Source: Chrysomallon squamiferum
Taxonomy: Eukaryota > Animalia > Mollusca
Assembly: GCA_012295275.1 (NCBI GenBank)
Contig: CM022673.1
Span: 14,508,001 to 14,572,000 of the forward strand
DNA length: 64,000 nucleotides
Reading direction: 5' to 3'
A program made the position numbers and the translations under genes. Under the pieces are notes generated by a model, which had not been told where the DNA came from, did not search any database, and was given only the letters and a program-made list of their open reading frames with translations. How positions within the stretch are numbered: position 1 is the first letter of the stretch; each line of letters begins with the position of its first letter. Positions 53,601 through 64,000 of the stretch are shown piece by piece.

Positions 53601-55939
53601 GTTAATTGTGTAGAAAATATCGAGAGACCAGACGTTAATTAGTAATAACTAAATACAGAGACTTTAAAAATAAATAAAAATAAAAATAACTTGTCGAGAC
53701 GTTCATTAACAATATATAAACTGTGGACGAACTGATATGATGAGTAGTCCTTATTTCCTGTTCTAACTAGTGGTTGCTGTTTTAAAATGTCTGGTGTTTT
53801 TTTTTTTTTTTTTTAAGGTACATCAAGGCTACAGTAGTCTAGAGAAATAATTTTTCTTAGTCTTATCAACACAACAAACATTTGTTAGATATGTAATAAC
53901 GTAACAATAAAACAATGATGGGATGTCGCCACTTCAACGTTTCGTATGAAATGCTCTGATAAGATATGTTTAAATGGAATTATGTTTTGTGTTTTACCTT
54001 TCAAATAATTTTCAGACGAATGTTTGAAAAATATTCATGATATAAATAAGATATTTCATCATCAGTAATTCTGGTATTCGTGCAAAAGTATAACAATACT
54101 AATATCGAGTTATGATAAACATGCAGATAAACAGAAAAAAAATACATCCCCAAGAGAGGTATTTGAAACAATATCCAAGCATACCAGACTTCGTCTGAAC
54201 ATGAAGTGTTTAGTGTTTTGAAATTTTGGCATCAATATGTTATCCTGAGAATATCAATACCGTGTTTGTCGTTTTAAAAACAGAATCATTGTTTTATTGG
54301 TAGACAGACAGCAGACAGCGTGATTGTTTTTCTCTTTGTCAGTAATCTTGTCTATCAAATCTCGTCTGTTTAATCTCGTTTGTCCAAAAAAAAAACGTGA
54401 AAGGCACGTGTTGTAGAAAATCTAAGCATGTTTTGTCTAACCCAAATACCTCCAACGACATTTACGTTGTTTTCAGCTCATACAGCAACGTCACGATTTA
54501 CCACTGTAAATAATTATTTGGACGTGAGTGACTTGAACATTCTCGCATTTGGAAGCTAATTATGCACGCTTGACGCAAAGTACATCAAAGAGTCCTGTCT
54601 GAGACGGAATAAACAAGACTTTTAAATCATATATAATTTTTATGTAGAAATATTTGATTTGTTTAGTATTTTGCTCTTGTATGTTAAAATATTTGTTAAT
54701 TATAAAATGAAACGTTTACGTGAGTCTTTTGAAACAAATGAATTGTTTAATTTAGTTCTGTATATTTTTGGTTGATGCTGACGGTGTTGCAGTCGTGTAA
54801 AAAACGATTATTGGTGACAAACGTCTCATAACACAGAACGTCTTTGTGAACAAGATGGCGGATTTTATCTGCTGCACGTGATCAGAGTGGTCTCCAAGGC
54901 GACCTGATCATCACCTAGAGATATCTCTTGTGAACGGTAGTCGCTCGTTAAACACTGATACGTAGAGGTGACCCATGCAGCAGTGTGAGTCTGTCACAAC
55001 CCATGCACAGCCCAGTAATACTTTTTATAAACATCCGTCGTTTTGACGTCACAAACGTCAGTTATTAACAAGACATGTTCTCAATTGCCTCTGAGCTGGG
55101 CTGTGTTTATTCTCGTGTGTTAGGAAATTGTGCGTATTATTACATAATCTGTCTGTTGCGCTGTCTTCAGACACGACGTTGTCACTCGGCAACATCACTC
55201 GCTTGGGTGGTTAACTCGCTCTCACAGCAGTTACGTTACAAGACGACGAGGAGCTGACATCCATCATAAATTAACTTTGTTAAAGACGCAGTTAGGAAAG
55301 TCATAAATTAACTTTGTTAACGCAGCATGTTGTCTTCAGTTACCACAGTTATGCATTTAAAACCTGGCCTTTTTTTTGTTTTGTTTTTTTTCTTTTTTAG
55401 TTTGTTTGTTTTTGTTTGTTTTAAATTAATTCTATTTACAAATTAAATTTGTGCTCTCAGTTTTTACATCTTCCTGTACATTTGGCCCCTTGTGTGGCAT
55501 TGTGTCTTCGTTTTTTTTTTCATTCTTTACGTTTCAGAATTTTCCTCCAGAGAAACTTTAAAATAATGTTTTCTATTTCTGATATTACTCAACGCAGTTT
55601 CTGCTACATTCTCTTGGCAGTTTCAAAATATCTTTCAGTAAAAAGATTTTGTTCGGGGAGTTGGAAAAATTTCTCTTCTAAAAGTAAGTTATAAAGTTTG
55701 TCTGAATCACTCACTCTGTCTAATTAGATGACCTTTTAAAGGAAACGATAATTTTAAATCTCACTATTAGTAAGAGAGAGAGAGAGAGAGCAGATCCATG
55801 GACCTACCAGCCCAAAGGTCGTTAGCGTAACCAGTGCTCCATGTGGGTTTGTGTAGTTATATTTTATATGATAGGAGACCATCACCACCTAACAACATCA
55901 GTCGTAACAACTGCCAAGAATAAAGAAAAACATGGAGTT

Positions 55940-56222
55940 TGATTAAAATTACCTTGAAAAAGATGATAACTGATGCGTGGATTAATATTGTTCAAAAATA
56001 GATATAATTTACATTTGATTAAAATTATCTCAGAATAGATAAATAATTTAGACGTTATTAATATTATCTTAGAATAGATGATCGTTTAGACGTCATTAAT
56101 ATTATCTTAAAAATGATGATAACTTTAACATAATTAATATTATCTTAGAATGGATGATAACTTTGGCGTTATTAATATTATCTCAGAACAGATGATAATT
56201 TAGACGTGATTAATCTTAGAAC
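55940..56222. repeat. Minisatellite, about 38-bp unit (attaatattatcttagaatagatgataatttagacgtc), about 7 diverged copies
   Basis: Recurrent attaatattatct(t/c)agaa...gatgataa. Confidence 0.82.
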
Positions 56223-57504
56223 AGGTAAAATATTTGTATTACAGAATGATGACGTCAAAGATTATTGTTCTCTCTGTTTCGTTAATTTTTTTTTTTTTCA
56301 TCTCTTTCTTTTATTCTTCATTATCCATTTAAATTTTTTTTTCCTTTCTTTCTTCAGTTATTTATCACCTCCTTCATTATTTATATACTTCTTTTTATTT
56401 TTCCTTCATTATTAATTCATTCTTTCTTTCTTTTTCTTTTTTCTTTCAAAAGTCTTCTTTCTCTCGTTTTGTGTTACATTTTAATTAATAGCAAAAGTTC
56501 TTTTATTGTCTTCTTTTGTCAAATATTTTGGACTCGACATTGAATTGTAACCACACTATTTTTATAACTGACAGTTAATTATCTCAGATTTACTTGGAAA
56601 TAAAACATTACACCTTTGCGAAAAGGATTCTCTGTCCGTCTACAGGGTGTGTGAGGGCGTGTGAACGTGTGTGCGTGTTGGCTGGTGCATCTGTACGGCT
56701 TTCTAATTTAAATATGAATGTTTGTGGGTGTCTGCAATGTTATAAATAAATAATGATGATAGGAATGTATGGCTGTTGCCTTCTCTATTCACTACGGAAA
56801 TAGCCGAAGTCGATACACGTGCAGTGCACTCAAGTGGAATTGATGTATCAAGTGTCTGGATTCCGATATATTCTTTAGAAATAACGCCATCTGGAAACAC
56901 ATGCAGCTCAGTCGCAACATGCAACGTATCAGTTAATGCAGTAATTATTATTTGTATCTGCCATTATGAGAAGTCGCGCATTAGCAGACGTGAGTGTGTC
57001 GTTTCCCGCGCTCGATACGTAATGTGCAGGCGATGCCAGATCACAGCGGAATTAATTCTTGAACAATCAGTTTTGCTGTTACCGGCCGAACATGCTGTAA
57101 TCATGACGTCACAGCATATCCAATTAGCAACCGTGCAGCGTGAAGCAGGTACTCATGGGAAATAAACATTAGTGCACCACTTCTGCGGTTTCATAAAAGA
57201 AGAGTGGTTTCCGGTATTCTAGGCATGCGCTTTCTCTACAAGCGTTTAAAGCAATCAATTACATTTTTTCATTTTTTTCTTGACAAAGTAAGCCTGAACA
57301 CTGATTGCTGACTGTGCGTAAGAAAGTTACATTTTTTCTCCTCTTAAAAACAGAATCAATTGATGTCTCATGCATAATTTAGTTCCTCCACGATCAACGT
57401 ATAATTCTCACAAGCTATGTCGTTTCAGTTTTTTTTTTTTGTGCTTTTTAATGTTCTCTTGTCAGGCATATTTGCCGCGAAGTTTTATGAGTGAAAAACA
57501 GAGC

Positions 57505-58805
57505 AGTGCAGTAATTTTATAACAAAAAACAAAATAATGCAGTAATTTTATAACAGTAAAACAAAATAACGCTCTGGTTTTGTAAAAAAAAAAAAAAAAA
57601 AAAAAAAGTACTTCTGATGGTTTGTAACAAAAACAAAGTAACTCGATGCTTTTGTAACAAAATAAAGTAAAGCGTTAATTTTATAACAGACAAAAAAAAT
57701 AACGCGGTGTTGTTGTTGTTTTTTGGGTTTTTTTAAAAATAAAAACAAAGTAACTCGGTGCTTTTGTAGCAAAACAAAGTAACGCAGTAATTTTATAACA
57801 AAAACCTAAATAATGTGGTGGTTTTTTTTTTATAAAAACAACGTAACAAAGTCAATCAAAGTAAGGCGATCTTTTTTTTGTAGCAAAACAAGATGTCAGT
57901 GTGGTTTTGTGAATGATAAACAACATAACACAGTGATTTTTTAAATGATAAAGAACGTAACAGTGTTTTTGTGAATGATAAATAACGTAACACTGGTTTT
58001 GTGAATGATAAACAACGTAAGACGCTGGTTTTGTGAATGATAAACAACGTAACACTGGTTTTGTGAATGATAAACAACGTAACACGGTGGTTTTGTGAAT
58101 GATAAACAACGTCACAGAGTGGTTTTGTGAACGATAAACAACGTAACACTGGTTTTGTGAATAATAAACAACGTAACACTGGTTTTGTGAATAATAAAAC
58201 AACGTAACAGGGTGGTTTTGTGAATGATAAACAACGTAACACGGTGGTTTTGTGAATGATAAACAACGTAACACAGTGGTTTGGTGAATGATAAACAACG
58301 TCACAGTGTGGTTTTGTGAATGATAAACAATGTAACACTGGTTTTGTGAATGATAAACAACGTTACACTGGTTTTGTGAATGATAAACAACGTCACAGAG
58401 TGGTTTTGTGAATGATAAACAACGTCAGAGAGTGGTTTTGTGAATGATAAACAACGTAACACGCTGGTTTTGTGAATGATAAACAACGTAACATAGTGGT
58501 TTTGTGAATGATAAACAACGTAACATAGTGGTTTTGTGAATAATAAACAACGTCACAGAGTGGTTTTGTGAATGATAAACAACGTAACATAGCGTTTTTG
58601 TGAATGATAAACAACGTAACATAGTGTTTTTGTGAATGATAAACAACGTAAGACGCTGGTTTTGTGAATGAACAAACAACGTAACAGAGTGTTTTTGTGA
58701 ATGATAAACAACGTCACAGAGTGGTTTGGTGAATGATAAACAACGTAACAGGGTGGTTTGGTGAACGATAAACAACGTAACACGGTGGTTTTGTGAATGA
58801 ACAAA
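57505..58805. repeat. Minisatellite, 30/32-bp unit (gtggttttgtgaatgataaacaacgtaacac), about 29 clean copies at 57900-58803 preceded by highly diverged copies
   Basis: Constant tgtgaatgataaacaacgt core with a short variable linker; source of the TLFIIHK and LRCLSFTK ORFs. Confidence 0.97.
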
Positions 58806-59289
58806 GCAGCGCGGCTGTTTGGAAGTGGTAAATATCGCCTGACGTTTTCTACACTATAATTTAATTCTGTAATTGGCTTTACAACGTGGAGGTTTGAAAA
58901 CACTTGACCCTAGCAGCAATCAGCGCTGACGTATGACGTACAAAAACAGTATTACAGACTGGGTCGATCTGGAATATTTCTAGAGTAATAGCCCCTTTTA
59001 GTTTTCAGTTTAGTTTTTAACAAGCATTTGAGTGGTCTTGAAAAATCAATGCTCTGCTAGAGTAGGAAATGCGGTTTAATGTAATAAAAAAACACAAATG
59101 AACATTAGCACAGAGTTCCAGTGCACAACTATTATTTTCTACAACCCGGTATTGATCTCGCGTCTCGTTTGACAAATATCAAAGAAAAATGGCGTCCTCA
59201 CTCGTCTGACTTTCGTCTCTGTCACCGTGCAGGACACGAACCTCCGACCTCTAGAACATGAAATTATTTTTATGATCTAAGCGAAATGA

Positions 59290-59468
59290 TGAATGATTAC
59301 TGCTGCTACCATAATTATCGCTGTTATAACAACAACAGCAGCAGCAGCAGCAACAACAACAACTAGTAATATTATTACTACTCCTACTTCTACTGGTACT
59401 ACTATTTCTTTGAAAATTTTATCACCATCATCATCATCATCAATTTTTCCTTCTTCTTCTTCTTCTCA

Positions 59469-59553
<85 letters not shown>
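59290..59553. repeat. Trinucleotide simple-repeat cluster ending in (TTA)n
   Basis: Read directly from the sequence. Confidence 0.93.
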
Positions 59554-59554
<1 letters not shown>

Positions 59555-60757
59555 CTGAAGAAGAAAAAATGAAGAAAGAAGCCAAACCATAAAATTATAT
59601 TCTGAAAACAATGAACCTACTTTTAGGCGTTGGACATTTAACATTTCATCAGCAGTAAGAGACTCTCATAAAAAAGCCAGTTCTTGTTTTCTCCACGTCA
59701 AACACACAAATATCCTTTTATGACCTTTCTCTTTTTACCAGTTTCATATTTTTATATTTAGTTTTTATCTTTATTTATTTCTGTCCTAATGTCCGTTTAT
59801 CTGTTTGCCTGTCAATAAATCTGATCGTCTTCCTACATATCTATTCTGTCTGCCTACCTGAACATACATCCATCAGTCCATCCATCCATATTCTTCCATC
59901 GATATGACGAAATGTGTTTTTGTGTGCGGGTGCGTGTGTATTTATTTTCTCCTTTGTTTGACTAATTATTTGGTAGAAAAAACATTTCTTGTTTGTTTGT
60001 TGTTGTTGTTTTTTTTTTTTTTTTTTTTTTCTTTTTTATTTGAGTTAACTCTTTTGTAACAGATGTATATACTCATATACTGTTCATAAAGCGAACATTT
60101 TCGATTTATGAGCCACACTGTTCCGATTTTACGACCAACACCGTTGCGATTTTACGACTTTCACTGTAACTGTTTACGACAAAAGCTATTCTGTTATTTT
60201 TCCACATCACTTGCTGGAAATTCCTTTCTTCAATTAGATCCCTTCGCACGTGCTGCGTGCATTTACAACAGCGTAGTACACCAGCAGATGGCATTGTTCC
60301 CCGGGCAATTATCTCCCCTTGTGCTAACTACCATTTACTTTTGACACAAGCGGCAATCACACGTCTGTTATGAAGCAGCGATCACAGACACACTTGTATG
60401 GCTAATGGGCAATTTAGCCTGCAATTAGCAGGGTTATCTCTTAAGGCTCAGTCTGTCGTGTATTAGCTGGAGATCACGTTTTCTTATTCCCCCCACTTAA
60501 ACTGATCAATACACACGAGGGAAAACTCCGTCGAACTGACACAGGCCCAGCCACATTTCCGGTCCGCTTTGATTGGGGAAGCTCCGAGCTATAATCATCA
60601 CGTAAGTGGCTCCATCTGGCGAGCAATTTCTACCTGAATTCTGGTATGCTGATGAGCTTTGGCGATGCTGTTCTGGTGACATGTTTGTAGAAACACAAAG
60701 TGTTGTGTACCAGACACAGCGAGAGTGACTGAACAGTGAACACATATCACTGTCAGT

Positions 60758-60892
<135 letters not shown>

Positions 60893-61524
60893 GAAAGTCG
60901 GAGATAGAAAAAGATAGACTGACAGAGTGACAGAGATAAAGGAGAATGAGAAATTCAGGATAGAGGGAGTGAATAAACTGAAAAAAAAAACGGAGATAGA
61001 AAGAAATGAAAAACAAAAAAGAAAGAAGGAGTGTGATAAATTAGAAGGTGAATGATGGAGATCATATTTTTATTGTGGACGAACTCAGAAATCTGCCCCG
61101 GGTTAGTTATTTATTAAAACCTAGTAACAGTGACAGTTATTTATGTAACCTCTAGTAACAGTGCTCTGTGACAGTTATATATATAGCGTAGTGACAGTGC
61201 AACTGTTATTTTTGTGTGACAGAATTATCTCACTTGTACTAGAAGTGAAAAGACAGCAGACACGTTCTTAACTCTACTTCAAGTGCTTGTCTTCCCGTCA
61301 TTCTTTCTCAGTGAATGTTCTTCCTAGTTGAACAGGAAATCGTTATGGATGATTGCACTTCCGGCTGACTCCGCCATCTGGTTAGGAAAAGGTCAAGAAA
61401 TAAGTAAAGACGATATTTTTCAGAGAAGTAGTAGAGAATGCATCTGCTGCAATCAGTAATTTAACAAACATGCCATTTTGTTGTTCTATAGTCTAAGTTT
61501 TGTGGTTATTGTTCTTTTTAATCA

Positions 61525-61550
61525 TTCTTCTTCTTCTTCTTCTTCTTCTT

Positions 61551-61581
<31 letters not shown>

Positions 61582-61612
61582 TTATTATTATTATTATTAC
61601 CATCATCATTAT
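61525..61612. repeat. (CTT)n(ATT)n microsatellite
   Basis: Read directly from the sequence. Confidence 0.96.
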
Positions 61613-64000
61613 TGTTACTGTTATTGTTAGAGATATTAACAGTGCTAACAGCAAAACTAGTTTAGTTATTAGTCTGGTAGTAATGCTGCTGAAACTGTCA
61701 AATGGACACATGAAGAATATTTCACTTGATATTTAGGGTGGGGCAGAGATGAGACATGGGGACGGGTTGTTGTGACAAATGGCGGCGCTAGCGGAGAGAA
61801 AAGTGTAGGTGTCGAAGAAGGAAATGTTATTACTAGAGTTTACAGCTCTGTGAAATTCAGTAACTGGATATTTCCCTAACAGAAAAACTGTGACTTGATG
61901 TATCACTGCTAAATTGGACATCATTTCGTTTTTCTACAGTATCGATCTATTTCTAACATTATACAGATTCGTCTTGCCTTTGTCCTTTTTCTTTTAAAAG
62001 GAACGGAGATTAAAAAAAGTAACAGAAAAAAAATAAAAATAAAAATAACCAAAAAAATAACAAAAAAAACCCACAAATACAAATGTAATAAAATTTAAAA
62101 AAATAAAATAAAATAAAATAAAATTAAAAAATAATAATAAAGTCACAAAAAAAAGAAGACAAAAAGAAAAGAGGTGGACAAGTAATAGAAGTGATGACAT
62201 TTTGGTAAAACGATATTTTCGTATAAAGAAAGAAAACCACACAACTCAAGCTGATAAAAAAAAAAAAAAAAAAAAAAATTAAAAAAAATTAATCAAATCC
62301 AAATTCGGCAGAATTTCATATTAAAAATAAAAACTAGTTTTGAAAAGTTAAAATAGATATTAATTAATTATTTATATATACTTAATCAAATGACCAAAAT
62401 AAATAAACGAAAACGAAAACAACAATAACAAGAAAAATAATACAGTAAAATAAATAAATAAACAAATAAATAAATAAATAAAAAAAAGCAAATCAAATAA
62501 AATAAACAGAAGATAATTTACGACATTAGCTTTCGGGAAATATAATATTTATTTAATTTGGTCGCCATAGAAACATGTTTTAGTGCGGACCTGCAACCCG
62601 AGACTGCATTATGGCGTTGACATTAGGATTAAGTAGTAATCCGAAGAAGCGAGTGTTTGAGCGTCCAGCAGCGCTCATTATCTAAATATTGTCATTACTT
62701 CTAACCGTGAAACCAATGATAAAAAACAATAAAACAATTAACTAGCAACAATACCCATCAATGGATGTTTAATCTCGACCATCATGCACCGCGGCTAGCA
62801 GCACGAGCTCTTTGATGACTCCCTGGTCGCTAATTATTCTGTTTACTCTGAGCTATTACCGTGTATTCCCCAATTTCGAGTGATAATCACCTAACCAGTT
62901 AATTTCTCTGATTCTGCTTTTAAGCACCTTATTTAGATATTTTTAAAACGTTCCAGAACGAGAGCATGTTAAAGTAATCAACTTTCTCAATCACATACAT
63001 ATACATACATATGTGCATACGTACGTACATACATACACCCACATTTAAACAGTTTTAAACAGATTTAGAAATACACTTTTTTGCCGGATTTTTTTTTTTT
63101 TTTTTTTGTATAATATAGTTTTATAATTGTTTATGTATGTATATAAATGTTTTTTTTTTTTTAAATATGATAACAGAATAATAAATTTATAGCCAAAAAC
63201 AAGGTTTTATTGCAAAAATAGCTTTAAAAATAGAACGGACCAAAGTACACTGATTATTATAATGGTTAAATTTAAGTAAAGACGAATCTCTAGAGATAAA
63301 ATTAAAAAACGATGAATGTTAAATACATATATTATTTATTTTTTTACTTATGTATTTATATGATGGTATATTTTATTATTATCATTATTATTATTATTAT
63401 TATTAACTTTTTTTTTTTCGTTTGTTCGATTATTTGTTGATTACTTCTGCCGAGTACTGCTTTGTGTATTGTTATTTATAAGAGTAATTTTATTACGAGT
63501 GTTAATAATGCAGGATAGACGTTAGACTCGGTTGGCTGCACAGGCCTGTGTTAATTATTAAGAACATTGGTTGTAATGAACACAAAGCTTCTCAAAAATA
63601 CATAAAATGGCAAACCCAGACATCACTTGAGTGCTAAGGTCGCAGGTAAAACTTCAAACACGTTAATGGTTATTAGGAAGTCTCTAAGATCAGTTCTACG
63701 TACACACACATCAATCAATTATGCATTTTGATGAAGCCGTGGCAACGTGTTTATTGCAAAAACGGGTTAATTATGTTTTAATGCGCACCTTAACGATGTG
63801 TCGCAGGAAAAGCAACAATCCCATAAAAGCCGGTAAGACCATAAAACAGGAGTCGCTTTAATCACTTGTGTTTTCAAACAACAATTGGAAGATTGCGTGT
63901 TGGGACGAATTTCTGTACATAATGAAGATTGGAATCAGTCAGCATACAAACTTATATTTGATAAACTCTGTTAATTCCTAATATACTGTATTGTTTTACA

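Noticed and set aside
54477-54523. Possible 47-nt exon (ctaac...tttcag to GAC|GTGAGT)
   Set aside because: Signals are plausible, but composition is intron-like and it does not extend any upstream frame convincingly.
55264-55320. 20-bp direct repeat tcataaattaactttgttaa, two copies
   Set aside because: Only 17 bp separate the copies. This is a simple local duplication, not a target-site duplication around an element.
56776-57165. 129-aa + ORF
   Set aside because: TTG start, no acceptor and no recognisable motif. The CRE and E-box content suggests regulatory DNA.
57900-58803. CRISPR-like appearance of the 30/32-bp array, and of the 35-, 59- and 26-bp arrays
   Set aside because: Units are head-to-tail with only a few variable bases. 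There are no unique spacers, leader or cas genes, and the context is eukaryotic.

Overview
This is AT-rich animal genomic DNA, mostly intron and intergenic sequence, dense in microsatellites and minisatellites. Degenerate tRNA-SINE fragments resemble gastropod mollusc SINEs; this is recognition from memory, not a search result. Almost every entry in the ORF track is an artefact of simple repeats. I see no prokaryotic genes, rRNA, intact tRNA, CRISPR array, transposase or reverse transcriptase. What the sequence supports: (1) the probable 3' end of a + strand gene, made of a 13-nt microexon (10700-10712) and a terminal exon (13958-14052) encoding a GPI-signal-like hydrophobic tail; (2) a CpG-rich promoter at about 32.4-32.9 kb followed by short + strand exons (to 32969, 37175-37196, 37627-37713, 41414-41493) that give only short ORFs, so a 5' UTR with uORFs, a small-peptide gene or a lncRNA; (3) an intact 338-bp TA-flanked Tc1/mariner (pogo/Tigger-type) MITE at 31153-31490; (4) about 13 minisatellite arrays with 20-59 bp units, most carrying an ACGT core; (5) an apparent excess of CRE and E-box palindromes and several motif-dense regulatory islands. 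No protein could be named. I found no convincing novel system; the best leads are the microexon chains and the ACGT-cored satellites.
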